This document shows positions 1 through 9,535 of a DNA stretch of 64,000 bases, piece by piece. Position 1 is the first letter of the stretch, and each line of letters opens with the position of its first letter. The translations under genes were made by a program, and so were the position numbers. Source of the stretch: a virus (lineage: Duplodnaviria > Caudoviricetes); the IMG/VR virus record IMGVR_UViG_3300032050_000120, positions 451 to 64,450 of that record; one strand, 5' to 3'. The notes under the pieces are model-generated. The model made no database searches, was not told the origin of the DNA, and worked only from the letters and a program-made list of their open reading frames with translations.

Positions 1-117
1 GGTCAAGGCAGTCGCCTACCCTATGAAGAATGTCTCGTTCTATGTTGATGGTGTACTCCACACCACGCTCAGTGGGCACAACTATGAGTGCCCCATCTAT
101 CTCTGGGAGAAACCGCT

Positions 118-375
118 ATGAATGACATACGGATAGCCGAAGAGTATTTCACTGGCTGGGATTGGGCTAGAATCGTTGCCATTCTTGAAGAGTATGATGA
201 TGGTACTGCTATGGTGGTCAGGATATCACCGAAGTATCTGTCCAAACCATACAAGGTCAGAATGTACCAGTTGACAATCAGAACCGATAAAGATTATGTT
301 GAGGGTTATAAGGCAAGACATAATAAAGAGATTAACCGAGCACTGGCTCTACTCACTACGGAGAACCAGCTATGA
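118..375 (+). CDS. hypothetical early protein
   Basis: ORF with GGGAG RBS before ATG at 118; coupled to the next ORF. Confidence 0.6.
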   Translation: MNDIRIAEEYFTGWDWARIVAILEEYDDGTAMVVRISPKYLSKPYKVRMYQLTIRTDKDYVEGYKARHNKEINRALALLTTENQL

Positions 376-587
376 GCAAGCGACAAACATACCGACAGCT
401 GTTAGAATCATTGCAGTCATTCACGCAAGACGAACTAGACGCAGAAGCTTGTGTGTTCCTTGAGGATGTGGGAATCTTTGCGCCAATATTGCATGGTGTT
501 TTTATTGCAGATGCTGATACTGATATGATTCCGCAGGGCAACCCCTATTTCTTTGTTTTCGGTACCTACTCAGGAGAAGAGCAATGA
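372..587 (+). CDS. hypothetical early protein
   Basis: ATGA overlap with upstream ORF; acidic 71 aa. Confidence 0.6.
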   Translation: MSKRQTYRQLLESLQSFTQDELDAEACVFLEDVGIFAPILHGVFIADADTDMIPQGNPYFFVFGTYSGEEQ

Positions 588-756
588 TATTCAAGCAAAT
601 CCAGGCAGTTCGTTGTGCCCATGTCGATCTGTGCCATGTGCTCAAAGCTCACGAGCTTGGTGAGCTTGCCGATGCTGATTGGGAAGCTGTCAAGCAAAGC
701 ATCATCGAGCTTGAGGATGCATTCGATTTCCTCACCGCAAAAGGATGGACTGAACA

Positions 757-1032
757 ATGAGCCTGACTGTCGGAAAACTCAAAGAACTGCTGGCAACCTA
801 TCCTGATGATATGGTCGTTGTCACCCACGAAGCCCAGGATATTGTTCACTTGGCTTCCCAGGGGGATAACTTGCTGGTGATCAGCCCCTTTAAGCCTATG
901 GGGTACTGCAAACGATCTGGTGAGTATGCCTACCCGACCTATGTCGAAGACTACTTTGCCGTGTGCCCTGCAACCAACGAGAACCTCTACAGGTTTGAAG
1001 TTGAGACCCGTGAGGAAGTGTCGTCTTATTAA
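757..1032 (+). CDS. hypothetical early protein
   Basis: ORF beginning MSLTVGKLKELLATYPDD, a common small phage-protein N-terminus. Confidence 0.6.
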   Translation: MSLTVGKLKELLATYPDDMVVVTHEAQDIVHLASQGDNLLVISPFKPMGYCKRSGEYAYPTYVEDYFAVCPATNENLYRFEVETREEVSSY

Positions 1033-1090
1033 CCGCAGCTGAACATCTTTTAATGGGGTCTTGACGGATCCCATTTCCTTTTGATAAGAT
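1030..1090 (+). promoter_or_regulatory. early sigma70-type promoter with -35 in hairpin loop
   Basis: TAAC-N7-GAAC box at 1030-1044; stem AATGGGGTC/GATCCCATT around TTGACG (1061-1066); TGnTAAGAT -10 at 1085-1090. Confidence 0.7.
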
Positions 1091-1130
1091 ATCCCTACAG
1101 TCACTTCCGACTGGACAACGGAGAAAACAA

Positions 1131-2054
1131 ATGGCACACATGGTAGAGACAATGGCATACGCTGGCGAAGTACCTTGGCATGGTCTGGGTCACAAAGTCC
1201 CCAGCGATCTGAGCACCGATCAAATGATGCAAGCAGCTGGTCTGGACTGGACTGTACAGAAGATCCCTGCATTCGTCAAGATCGAAGACGAGTCCCAGGC
1301 AATCGATGCAGCAGCCCTGGTTCGATCCAGTGACAACAAGATCCTGGATGTGGTGTCCAGCGACTGGAACCCCGTTCAGAACCAGGAAGCGTTTGACTTC
1401 TTCCAGGACTTCGTGAACGCTGGTGACATGGAAATGCACACCGCTGGATCGCTCAAAGGTGGTCAGATCGTCTGGGCGCTGGCAAAGATCAAGGACAGCT
1501 TCGAGCTGTTCGGTGGTGACCAGGTTGACAGCTACATGCTGTTCACCAACCCGCACGTCTACGGTCAGTCCCTGGATATCCGCTTCACCCCGATCCGAGT
1601 GGTCTGCAACAACACTCTCACCCTGAGCCTGAGCCAAAAAGGTGGTACCGCATTCAAGCTCAGCCACCGCCGTGAGTTCGTGGCGGATCAAGCCAAGCAA
1701 GCTCTGGGTATCGCACACGCCAAGCTGGACGAGTACAAGAGCATGGCAAGCTGGATGGGATCGAAGCGTTATGACAATGAATCGATCAAGGCTTACTTCC
1801 AGGAACTGTTCCCGTCCCAGGGTGACAAGGATTCTCGTAACGCGATCAAAGCCCTGGAAGTTCTCGAACTCCAGCCTGGTGCAAAGTTTGCGGAAGGTTC
1901 GTGGTGGCAAGCTTTCAATGCCGTCACCTACATGACGGATCATCTGATGGGTCGAAGCAACGATGCGCGGTTGCAATCTGCTTGGTTTGGTGTCAACAAG
2001 AGCCTGAAGAACAAAGCCCTGCAACTGGCTATTGACATGGCAAACGCTGCTTGA
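1131..2054 (+). CDS. DUF932/DUF945 phage-plasmid-like protein
   Basis: MAHMVETMAYAGEVPWHGLG, AGLDWTV, PVQN, TAGSLKGG and TPIRVVCNNTL motifs. Confidence 0.9.
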   Translation: MAHMVETMAYAGEVPWHGLGHKVPSDLSTDQMMQAAGLDWTVQKIPAFVKIEDESQAIDAAALVRSSDNKILDVVSSDWNPVQNQEAFDFFQDFVNAGDMEMHTAGSLKGGQIVWALAKIKDSFELFGGDQVDSYMLFTNPHVYGQSLDIRFTPIRVVCNNTLTLSLSQKGGTAFKLSHRREFVADQAKQALGIAHAKLDEYKSMASWMGSKRYDNESIKAYFQELFPSQGDKDSRNAIKALEVLELQPGAKFAEGSWWQAFNAVTYMTDHLMGRSNDARLQSAWFGVNKSLKNKALQLAIDMANAA

Positions 2055-2102
2055 TACAATCGGGGGTACCGCAAGGTGCCCCCACTCTCTTTAGGAATTC
2101 TT

Positions 2103-2561
2103 ATGAAAAGATTAATGCTTGCAGCATTGCTTGCATTCTCCGCCTCAGCCTCAGCTGAACTCTCCAACTGGTCCGTTGACGATAAGTGCACGGCATCAGC
2201 GGGTGTTGACTGGTCCACAAACAACACGGGACATGCATTGCTTGCATTTAATGGTATGGATAATACTTTGAATGTGGGAGTCACCAACCAGGATTGGAGC
2301 ACCAACAACGACATTGAAGAAAACGTAACCATTTTGCTTGGATCCAAATACAAGGTCCAGGCACGGGGCTATGGATTCGCCAAGACTAACTTGATCGTGC
2401 TTCAGATCCCCTACACTGAGGAGATGGAGCGTCAATTTATTTCTTCAAAATATTTTCGTGTATATGATTCACAAGGGTCGCTTTTAATTACGCTTGAATT
2501 AATTGATATCGATCAAGCGATGGATCTCATCTACTCATGCTATACTGGAAGTAAGGCGTGA
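2103..2561 (+). CDS. exported/periplasmic hypothetical protein
   Basis: Sec signal peptide MKRLMLAALLAFSASASA. Confidence 0.65.
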   Translation: MKRLMLAALLAFSASASAELSNWSVDDKCTASAGVDWSTNNTGHALLAFNGMDNTLNVGVTNQDWSTNNDIEENVTILLGSKYKVQARGYGFAKTNLIVLQIPYTEEMERQFISSKYFRVYDSQGSLLITLELIDIDQAMDLIYSCYTGSKA

Positions 2562-2711
2562 AAATCCGTCAAAAATTTGCTACAAAATAAAAGTTCATCC
2601 ACCACTCCAAAGGAGTTTTGTAATGCGTAGAGTAAAAGTGATCCGCCCGAAGAAGCCTTCTTATCCCGCTAAACCCAAGAAGTACAAACCTTCACCGAGT
2701 TACACATAAAG

Positions 2712-2742
2712 AAAAACCCCACCGTGATTGGTGGGGTTTTTT
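2712..2742. terminator. bidirectional intrinsic terminator
   Basis: AAAAACCCCACC-GTGATT-GGTGGGGTTTTTT between convergent ORFs. Confidence 0.8.
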
Positions 2743-2743
2743 G

Positions 2744-2935
2744 TTACGGCAGCGGATCGAGTGGTTCTAGGTGTGGATCGTAGTAGATCTCCGAGGAGAG
2801 CATCAGGTTTTGTTTCAGATTCCAAACCTGGACTTCAATCCGATCACTGGTCGGATCATCTTTGACCAGAACACTGATACCACCCATTGTGACGGCAACC
2901 AAACCTTTTACTTGAATCAGATCAACCTTTTTCAT
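2744..2935 (-). CDS. hypothetical protein
   Basis: 63 aa ORF ending at the terminator. Confidence 0.5.
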   Translation of the reverse strand: MKKVDLIQVKGLVAVTMGGISVLVKDDPTSDRIEVQVWNLKQNLMLSSEIYYDPHLEPLDPLP

Positions 2936-3089
2936 AATTCATCCTTCGGAAAGGCGCATAAGATCACGCCGTTTGGATACATATCCTGAGCCTGTTCACG
3001 AGCGTGTTCAGGATCATCAGCCCAACAGTCAAAGACTAGGGTGAAGTCATCATCCCGATCTTCTTTCAGAGTCACGCGATATTCTTTCA

Positions 3090-3377
3090 TCACCACTCCC
3101 TTACCAGTCGCCCAGTAACCATGTCGGGGTCAACCCACTTCTTGTTGGCATCGCGGTACGACACACAATTGTACTTCACACGCCACGGTTCGGGTTCGCA
3201 ATCTTCATCAGGATTGTTACGGCACATGGAGATTTGCAGAACCTCTGCGTGTTTGCTTTCGTTCCAGTGTTGATCGAGATACGCTTGGGTATCTTCGATG
3301 TTGGTGAACTGCTTGAGCAACACCTTGTTGTTCACACAGGGACGGTAATCTTCCATCACTCTTACTTGGTCTACCAT
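3090..3377 (-). CDS. hypothetical early protein
   Basis: GGGAG RBS before MVDQVR; divergent promoter at 3408-3440. Confidence 0.6.
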   Translation of the reverse strand: MVDQVRVMEDYRPCVNNKVLLKQFTNIEDTQAYLDQHWNESKHAEVLQISMCRNNPDEDCEPEPWRVKYNCVSYRDANKKWVDPDMVTGRLVREW

Positions 3378-3425
3378 ATCGCACTCCCATTTGATTGATG
3401 TAATGCTATGATAACATAGTGACCT

Positions 3426-3496
3426 GAACCAAGCCTGAATGGGCGGGTTGACAATGTTATGATAATGATTCATACTGGTTCCACATCAACGGGAGA
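3426..3496 (+). promoter_or_regulatory. early sigma70 promoter cassette
   Basis: GAAC-N7-GAAT-N7-TTGACA-N17-CATACT followed by a CAACGGGAG leader. Confidence 0.75.
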
Positions 3497-3501
3497 ACGT
3501 T

Positions 3502-3786
3502 ATGGAATACAAGAAAATCCAGTACCGCACATTCAACAAGCTGTTCACCATCACACCAAACCACTTCCAGTCCAAAGAAGGCTATGAGCCTGTCGAGATG
3601 TTTGAAACCTATGGCGAAGAAGTGGACTATGCTTGGGAAATGAGCAAGCAGAATCGCTGCTGGACTATTCTCGATTGTGATGGTAAGCTGTATCTGAATG
3701 CGGGTTATCACTATGTGAATCGTCTGGGATACATCATCACCGACCAACCCTTTGACAAAGACTACGAACTAAGGTGGGACACATGA
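3502..3786 (+). CDS. conserved phage hypothetical protein
   Basis: FETYGEE...WT...G(Y)HYVNRLGYIIT motif; strong RBS. Confidence 0.7.
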   Translation: MEYKKIQYRTFNKLFTITPNHFQSKEGYEPVEMFETYGEEVDYAWEMSKQNRCWTILDCDGKLYLNAGYHYVNRLGYIITDQPFDKDYELRWDT

Positions 3787-3971
3787 GCAAGTATTTCGTG
3801 ATTGAAGATGATACTGGTGCATTACACGTTGTACCGCTGGCTGAATTGGAAATGGATATGCTACCCTGTATTCGCTTCCAACAAGATGGTGATAATGCTC
3901 TTGAAGTGTGTGAACATTGGGCATCATTGAACAGGAAGCGTCATCCCTACGAAAGTCATCTTTTAGATTAG
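3783..3971 (+). CDS. hypothetical protein
   Basis: ATGA-coupled small ORF. Confidence 0.5.
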   Translation: MSKYFVIEDDTGALHVVPLAELEMDMLPCIRFQQDGDNALEVCEHWASLNRKRHPYESHLLD

Positions 3972-3982
3972 GAGAAAGAATA

Positions 3983-4141
3983 ATGTCGTACCCGAAACTG
4001 AAATCCAAAGACGAAGAAGGTGTGGTAGTATTCCCGAAAGAATTCGATCAAATGGACGGTCTGTGGAAAAAAGACCTGTTGCGTGATTGGATTTATGCGC
4101 TTCAAGAAAAGTACGATAACACAAGCATTTGGGAAGACTGA
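3983..4141 (+). CDS. hypothetical protein
   Basis: AGGAG RBS before MSYPK. Confidence 0.55.
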   Translation: MSYPKLKSKDEEGVVVFPKEFDQMDGLWKKDLLRDWIYALQEKYDNTSIWED

Positions 4142-4142
4142 T

Positions 4143-4523
4143 ATGGAACGGTACGAAGAAGAAGGTGGTTTCGATATCAAGTACGACAAACTGACCCGTG
4201 CGCCCCATGATGGTGGTGAGTATGTTCGTATCACGGCTGACAGTAAGGTTGAAGGAAGTGCTTCTGCGTACTTCTTCATCTACCATGACCACGACCAAGA
4301 AGACAGAATGTATGTGTGCATCAACCACACCATCTGTTATCTGGATGATATGGAAGAAGCGTACTTTCCTGTCTGCGAGTGCTGCGGTTCAAAGGCTGTC
4401 GAGATGCGTGAGTATAACAGCTGGAATACCGAAACGGGTGGATGGGGAATTCACGACTGTGATTACTACTGTCTGCATTGTGGTAGCGATGATGGTATCG
4501 ACTTTGGAGAAGACAATGGTTGA
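4143..4523 (+). CDS. hypothetical protein with Zn-ribbon-like CxxC pairs
   Basis: CECCGS...CLHCGS. Confidence 0.6.
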   Translation: MERYEEEGGFDIKYDKLTRAPHDGGEYVRITADSKVEGSASAYFFIYHDHDQEDRMYVCINHTICYLDDMEEAYFPVCECCGSKAVEMREYNSWNTETGGWGIHDCDYYCLHCGSDDGIDFGEDNG

Positions 4524-4704
4524 GATAAATGCGTACTGGTACGCCAGGGGATACTACGATGGTAGATCCGAGGGTGTTGAACATGGTAGCGACCTGGCAC
4601 CCCGTGCTAGGTCTGCCTACGAGCAGGGATATCAAGCAGGGGTGTCAGACCATTGTGTACTGGATATGAACGATGGTGTTGACAAACAGAAAGAAACGGT
4701 TTAA
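4516..4704 (+). CDS. hypothetical protein
   Basis: GGAG RBS; YARGYYDG/YEQGYQAG motifs. Confidence 0.55.
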   Translation: MVEINAYWYARGYYDGRSEGVEHGSDLAPRARSAYEQGYQAGVSDHCVLDMNDGVDKQKETV

Positions 4705-4729
4705 TATCGTATCACATTCACAACGGGAG
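4657..4729 (+). promoter_or_regulatory. early sigma70 promoter cassette
   Basis: GTAC-N7-GAAC-N7-TTGACA-N17-TAATAT followed by TCACATTCACAACGGGAG. Confidence 0.75.
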
Positions 4730-4737
4730 TAAGTGCT

Positions 4738-5199
4738 ATGGGTTATTATGTTCGCGGTGACAGCTACAACTTCAAGCTGGAAGCTGGTCAAGAAGATGCG
4801 ATTCGTGCAGCTATTCGTGAGTTGAACACGCACGATGAACTGAAGAACGGTGGTCAATCAAAAGCTGGTGTGACTGTGGAAAAATGGTTCAGCTGGATGA
4901 ACGACTTCCCTTATGACAAGGATTTCACCACGGTTGAACTGCTTGAGCGTATCGGGTTCGATGATGTTGATACCGATGAAGAAGGCAACATCATTCACCT
5001 GTTCTATGACGGCAAGACTGGTCAGGAAAACCTGTTCCTTGCAACGCTTGCACCGTTCATCGAAGATGGTAGCATCATCGAATGGAAAGGTGAAGAAGAT
5101 GAACGCTGGCGCTGGGTGTTCGAGGGTGGTGAGATGTTCCACGAGGAAGAGGACAGCGAACCGCATTATACTCGAACTGGTGTGGTAAAAGCATTCTGA
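4738..5199 (+). CDS. conserved phage hypothetical protein (acidic)
   Basis: LAPFIEDGSIIEWKGEEDERWRW motif. Confidence 0.7.
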   Translation: MGYYVRGDSYNFKLEAGQEDAIRAAIRELNTHDELKNGGQSKAGVTVEKWFSWMNDFPYDKDFTTVELLERIGFDDVDTDEEGNIIHLFYDGKTGQENLFLATLAPFIEDGSIIEWKGEEDERWRWVFEGGEMFHEEEDSEPHYTRTGVVKAF

Positions 5200-5270
5200 A
5201 CGATTCGTGAAAGCCCCACTTGACTGTGGGGCTTTTTCGTTTTAATATGGTTTCACATTCACAAAGGGAG
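5198..5270 (+). promoter_or_regulatory. terminator/promoter cassette, -35 TTGACT in hairpin loop
   Basis: AAAGCCCCAC-TTGACT-GTGGGGCTTTTT; TAATAT 17 nt after the -35. Confidence 0.85.
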
Positions 5271-5276
5271 TAGATT

Positions 5277-5810
5277 ATGCCTAACTGGTGCAACAACATT
5301 GTCACCCTGACACACGAAGACCCTGCTCAGATCAAACGAGTGGTGGATTCGCTTCAGGTCGGTCTGTTCAACGAGTTCATTCCGATGCCCGACCAGCTCC
5401 GCAATACGGAAATGTCCACCGCCACGCCTGAAGAAGTGTACGAAAAGAATGTCCAGGATTGTGGTTATCCGAGCTGGTATGAGTTTGCGATTGCCGAATG
5501 GGATACCAAGTGGGATGCCTGTACGCCTGAAATCTTGGCTCAGACCGACACTTCCATCAAGCTGGTTTTCGACACCGCATGGTCGCCACCGATTGCAGTA
5601 TTCGACAAGCTCCATGAACTTGGCTTCGATGTTGAAGCATACTACCACGAAGGTGGTATGGCATACTACGGTGAATACATTGATGGTACTGATAATGGTG
5701 GGCAGTATGATGGTACTTCACGCAAGGCATTGCGTGACACCTGTCCTGAGCATATCATCGAAATGTTCACGCTCGAAGACTGGTATGATGAGGAAGACGA
5801 AGCTGAATGA
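5277..5810 (+). CDS. YubB/DUF1281-like ferredoxin-fold protein
   Basis: MPNWCNN, WDTKWD, FDTAWSPP and YYHEGG motifs. Confidence 0.75.
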   Translation: MPNWCNNIVTLTHEDPAQIKRVVDSLQVGLFNEFIPMPDQLRNTEMSTATPEEVYEKNVQDCGYPSWYEFAIAEWDTKWDACTPEILAQTDTSIKLVFDTAWSPPIAVFDKLHELGFDVEAYYHEGGMAYYGEYIDGTDNGGQYDGTSRKALRDTCPEHIIEMFTLEDWYDEEDEAE

Positions 5811-5873
5811 TTCATTAAACCCCCACTTGACGGTGGGGGTTTTTTGTTTTAATATGGTTTCACCAACTGGGAG
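5805..5873 (+). promoter_or_regulatory. terminator/promoter cassette, -35 TTGACG in hairpin loop
   Basis: AAACCCCCAC-TTGACG-GTGGGGGTTTTTT; TAATAT at 17 nt spacing. Confidence 0.85.
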
Positions 5874-5879
5874 AACAGT

Positions 5880-6053
5880 ATGAAATTGCTTATTGAACGC
5901 ACCTTGTATTCGGTCATTGAGGTTGATATCAAAGACGAGTCGGAAATAAATGCTATCATAGCATCTGCTGAGCGTGGTGAATATGATGAAGCGTTTGATG
6001 AAATGGGTAGTAATGAAAATAGCGGTTATTCCCTTGTGGAGATTATCGAATGA
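5880..6053 (+). CDS. hypothetical protein
   Basis: 57 aa ORF (below the track cutoff) after GGGAG, coupled to 6050. Confidence 0.55.
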   Translation: MKLLIERTLYSVIEVDIKDESEINAIIASAERGEYDEAFDEMGSNENSGYSLVEIIE

Positions 6054-6391
6054 ACAAGGAAACTGAAAAGCTGCGGTCCACCATTGCTTTCATTGCCATT
6101 GGTTGCTTTCGGTATATGCAAGAGGCTATGAGAAACAACCCAAAAAATTACGAGTTTTTGATCGACACCTATAGTGGTCAAACTGGTGTTGTTGACATGG
6201 TTACTCAATACTGCTACCTTATCGAGAAGGCATGGGAACGTAAAGAGAACAAAGACATTGACTATGTTTGGGAGTATGATGTTTGTGAGGAGTTTGGATA
6301 TTTTGCGACAGGTAAACTTGCCGATGATATCCAACTGAATGTTGTTGCGATGATTGATAGTATTATTGATGAACTGGAGAATATCAAATGA
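6050..6391 (+). CDS. hypothetical protein
   Basis: 113 aa ORF in a coupled operon. Confidence 0.6.
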   Translation: MNKETEKLRSTIAFIAIGCFRYMQEAMRNNPKNYEFLIDTYSGQTGVVDMVTQYCYLIEKAWERKENKDIDYVWEYDVCEEFGYFATGKLADDIQLNVVAMIDSIIDELENIK

Positions 6392-6651
6392 ATACTGATG
6401 AAATGTTTAAGCGTTGGAACACCCAGGCTCGTGATGTTTTGGTCGGACGCACCATCACCAAGGTCATGTACATGAATGACAAGTGGGCGAAAGACCTGGG
6501 CTTCGATGAATACATGGGTCGCCCGTTGATGTTGCAACTGGACAACGGAACCATCATTATCCCCATGAGTGATGATGAAGGCAACGATGGTGGTGCTGTT
6601 CAGTATCTCACCAAAGAAGGTGGGTTCGATGTTCTACCACTGCTGCGGTGA
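6388..6651 (+). CDS. conserved phage hypothetical protein
   Basis: LVGRTI...PMSDDEGNDGGA motif. Confidence 0.65.
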   Translation: MNTDEMFKRWNTQARDVLVGRTITKVMYMNDKWAKDLGFDEYMGRPLMLQLDNGTIIIPMSDDEGNDGGAVQYLTKEGGFDVLPLLR

Positions 6652-6746
6652 ACCGAAGCTGAACGATCCTGGTATACCCCATTGACACACAGAAACTGTG
6701 GGGTATACTGTCAATAAGTGGGGCGCGGTGTCCCACCAAACGGGAG
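6650..6746 (+). promoter_or_regulatory. early promoter with inverted repeat and 5' hairpin leader
   Basis: GAAC-N7-GAAC; TTGACA-N16-TATACT enclosed by GTATACCCCA/TGGGGTATAC; GGGAG RBS. Confidence 0.7.
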
Positions 6747-6753
6747 CAAAACA

Positions 6754-7029
6754 ATGTCTACTTATGGTAAAGTTATCGAACTGCTTGATTCCGATGATTT
6801 GACTGCCCAACAACTTCATAGCATCGCTCGTTATGCTGTTGACGTAAGTCGCCGTACTGGTCGAGTCAATGTCAGTCAAATCGGTGTCGGTTCTGATGTT
6901 CAGTTCACCAATCCGAAAACGGGTTCGACCTACAAGGGTCGGTTGATTAAAATCAATCGCACCAAAGCCCAGGTCAAGGTTGATGGAACGGTTTGGAATG
7001 TTCCGTTCTCATTCTTGAAAGTTGCGTAA
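6754..7029 (+). CDS. small basic SH3/KOW-like protein
   Basis: VGSDVQF...KGRLIKINRTKAQVKVDGTVWNVPFSFL. Confidence 0.6.
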   Translation: MSTYGKVIELLDSDDLTAQQLHSIARYAVDVSRRTGRVNVSQIGVGSDVQFTNPKTGSTYKGRLIKINRTKAQVKVDGTVWNVPFSFLKVA

Positions 7030-7090
7030 TCATCTGATACAATGTTCATAGGTGGGGCATACCGCCCCACCACTTTTGGGAGAAAGTGTT

Positions 7091-7561
7091 ATGGGTCTTG
7101 ATATGTATCTTTATGCGAAGCGTTATGTTTCGCAGTATTCCAGTCCTGAACTCGCTGCTGAGATTCACAAGTTGCTGGAATTTCCAATCACAGCACAAGG
7201 CGGTACAACGGTTCAAGTCACTTGCGCCTACTGGCGTAAGTCCAATCAAATCCACAATTGGTTCGTGGATAATGTTCAAGCTGGTGAAGACGATTGCAAG
7301 CCGTATTATGTTGGTCGTAAACAGCTGGTCGAACTGCGCACCCTTTGCGCCACGGTGCTGGAAGATGTTGCTGGTCTGACTGACAAAGATGAAATCGCCA
7401 CCTACTGCGATGAAAATCTGCCAACACAAGCTGGTTTTTTCTTCGGTAGTTATGAGTATGATGAATACTATTTCGATGATTTGAAAAGTACCATCAGGCA
7501 GATTGATTCTGTTTTGACGCTTTCCGATGAATATGATTTCGAGTACCAAGCAAGCTGGTAA
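7091..7561 (+). CDS. conserved phage hypothetical protein
   Basis: MGLDMYL, YWRKSNQIHNWF, LPTQAGFFFGS and YQASW motifs. Confidence 0.75.
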   Translation: MGLDMYLYAKRYVSQYSSPELAAEIHKLLEFPITAQGGTTVQVTCAYWRKSNQIHNWFVDNVQAGEDDCKPYYVGRKQLVELRTLCATVLEDVAGLTDKDEIATYCDENLPTQAGFFFGSYEYDEYYFDDLKSTIRQIDSVLTLSDEYDFEYQASW

Positions 7562-7575
7562 AAGGTCTCTCCCAC

Positions 7576-7660
7576 CCCTGCTGGTCTGCATGACAGCAGG
7601 GGTTTTTTATTCAGGTTGAGTTAAGATCGGTTTGGTATAATGTATTCACAACAACGGGAG
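7576..7660 (+). promoter_or_regulatory. terminator followed by promoter with TTCAG-N6-TTAAG box in place of -35
   Basis: CCCTGCTG/CAGCAGGG+T-tract; ATTC-N7-GTTA; TGnTATAAT at 7636; CAACGGGAG. Confidence 0.7.
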
Positions 7661-7666
7661 CACACT

Positions 7667-7969
7667 ATGTACGATGATGATGATTATGTTGACTTCGATG
7701 AATATAAGAACATGCAAGCTGCGATCAACACTGGCTATTGCTGGAGCATGGAAGGTTCTGTAGGTCGTGCCATGATGGGTGCGATTGAAGCTGGATACTG
7801 TATGCTGGGCAAAGAACGCGCCCGTGACTACTACGGCAACACCATCCCCAGCCGTAAAGATGTGAAAGCTGGCACGAAGGGTAGCTATCAGTTTGTCAAA
7901 GACCGCATGGGCAAGTCCTGGGCAGACCGTCTGAACCGCATGAAGGAAACCACACCCAGGCTGTACTGA
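7667..7969 (+). CDS. conserved phage hypothetical protein
   Basis: WSMEGSVGR...DYYGNTIPSR...GTKGS. Confidence 0.65.
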   Translation: MYDDDDYVDFDEYKNMQAAINTGYCWSMEGSVGRAMMGAIEAGYCMLGKERARDYYGNTIPSRKDVKAGTKGSYQFVKDRMGKSWADRLNRMKETTPRLY

Positions 7970-8031
7970 TCCTGAACGGGGTGGTTGACACCCCGATTCA
8001 TTGTGATATGATGTAGGTTCAACAACGGGAG
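7963..8031 (+). promoter_or_regulatory. early promoter cassette with -35 in hairpin
   Basis: GTAC-N7-GAAC-N7-TTGACA; CGGGGTG/CACCCCG stem; TGnTATGAT; CAACGGGAG. Confidence 0.75.
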
Positions 8032-8037
8032 AACGTT

Positions 8038-8277
8038 ATGGACTACAAAGGTTATGATATTACTTTCTTGGCTAATATCCAAGAGCGTCAAGAGATTGAC
8101 GAGAAGGGCAACGCCATAGATTTTCGTGATTCGTGGTGTGTCGGTGATGGTGTCTATCAGGCTCATAGAAATGAGTTGGTTATCACCCGTAGTACCTTCG
8201 ATGAAATCAAAGCAGAAGTTGACCGTTGGGTTAACTTCCAAGGTGTCCAAATCACATTAGGAGAACGTAATGAGTAA
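8038..8277 (+). CDS. hypothetical protein
   Basis: ORF directly after the cassette RBS. Confidence 0.6.
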   Translation: MDYKGYDITFLANIQERQEIDEKGNAIDFRDSWCVGDGVYQAHRNELVITRSTFDEIKAEVDRWVNFQGVQITLGERNE

Positions 8278-8456
8278 AGATATCGTCAATACCCTGAAAG
8301 AGCGTGGATACCCTGTCATTCAGGCAATCATCATGGACAATATGTGGTATGTGTTTATGAGTGGTACTGGTTGGGTTTGCGTATCCGACCTGTTGCAACA
8401 CAAACGCACCGAGCCTGTCCCCCTGTAATCTCCCCGTGGTTTATACCACACCCTTG

Positions 8457-8536
8457 CCCTAGGATCAAACCTAGGGCTTTTTTATTCAGTGTGTGTTAAG
8501 ATAGGTTGCGATAGAATGTAATCACAACATCGGGAG
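8457..8536 (+). promoter_or_regulatory. terminator followed by promoter with TTCAG-N6-TTAAG box
   Basis: GCCCTAGG/CCTAGGGC+TTTTTT; ATTC-N7-GTTA; TAGAAT; GGGAG. Confidence 0.7.
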
Positions 8537-8542
8537 AACATC

Positions 8543-8887
8543 ATGCGTACTTGCGACCACTGCGGTAAAAAACCAATGACCGAAGGCTATTGCATTGACA
8601 ATGGCTGTGAATACTATTGCAGCGATGAATGTCTTCATGCCAACATCAGCAAAGAAGATTATGAAAAGCTGTACGACAACGGCAACGGCGATTCGTACTG
8701 GACTGAATGGGAAGACGATGGTATTGACGAAGCCGAGTGCAAGTGCTGTGGTCAAGACCTAGAGAAGGGAATCTATATCATGGTCGAAGCTGAACCGTTG
8801 TATTACTGCGACACCCTGTGCTTGCGCAAAGACAAGATGGGTGTGTATAATAACAAGAAAGTCTACTTCACCTTAGCGGGGTATTGA
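8543..8887 (+). CDS. Cys-rich (TRASH/Zn-finger-like) hypothetical protein
   Basis: two CxxCG...YYCxxxC modules. Confidence 0.6.
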   Translation: MRTCDHCGKKPMTEGYCIDNGCEYYCSDECLHANISKEDYEKLYDNGNGDSYWTEWEDDGIDEAECKCCGQDLEKGIYIMVEAEPLYYCDTLCLRKDKMGVYNNKKVYFTLAGY

Positions 8888-8888
8888 T

Positions 8889-9080
8889 ATGAAACAGCGA
8901 TATAAAGCACAGAAGATTGGTGGTTATCTGAACGAAGAAACGCTTGAGTATGATGCAGACCGTTGGTGCGTTATGGACGGTACTTATATCATATCCGAGT
9001 GTGATGTTCAAGCCGATGCCCGTAAGATTGTATCGGCATTGAATATGGTTGATAATATCGTCAGCAAATGGGAGAAATAA
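8889..9080 (+). CDS. hypothetical protein
   Basis: small ORF in operon. Confidence 0.5.
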   Translation: MKQRYKAQKIGGYLNEETLEYDADRWCVMDGTYIISECDVQADARKIVSALNMVDNIVSKWEK

Positions 9081-9081
9081 C

Positions 9082-9360
9082 ATGGCAGAGTATAATTTCA
9101 GCGTAGATGAAAAGCACACCGTGTGGCTTCGCACGACTACCGTGGTTGAAGCGAACAGCAAGGAAGAGGCGGATCAAAAGATGTTGGAGTATATCAAAAA
9201 ACTCCATGCCGAGGGCGACCTGTCCGAGTTGTATGACTGCGGATACGAAACCAATACTGAATCGCTCGAAACCATGACGGTTGACGAGAACGATGGTTGT
9301 GCTACCATTGAGGTGATGGATGAAGACTATCAAACCCTTTGGAGTAATCGAAATGGCTAA
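9082..9360 (+). CDS. hypothetical acidic protein
   Basis: GGGAG RBS; VEANSKEEA motif. Confidence 0.6.
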   Translation: MAEYNFSVDEKHTVWLRTTTVVEANSKEEADQKMLEYIKKLHAEGDLSELYDCGYETNTESLETMTVDENDGCATIEVMDEDYQTLWSNRNG

Positions 9361-9535
9361 GTGGATTGTTACCGTGGTTGAAACCGTTACAAAGTATGTG
9401 GAAGTTGAAGCCGACAACCGTGAAGATGCAATTGATTGTGCTGAACAAGCAAACGATGAAGATTTTTACGGTCATTATTGGGATGAAACAAAGGCGATTG
9501 ATGCCGAGACGATTGATTTCGAGGAAACAACATGA
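9353..9535 (+). CDS. hypothetical acidic protein
   Basis: VEVEADNREDA motif, paralog-like to the upstream ORF. Confidence 0.55.
   Translation: MAKWIVTVVETVTKYVEVEADNREDAIDCAEQANDEDFYGHYWDETKAIDAETIDFEETT

Noticed and set aside
1101-2024. 307-aa antisense ORF opposite the DUF932 gene
   Set aside because: Mirror-frame artefact of codon bias; no RBS or recognisable motifs.
2994-3009. GTTC...GTTC as another regulatory box
   Set aside because: The spacing is N8 rather than N7, and it is not next to a promoter.
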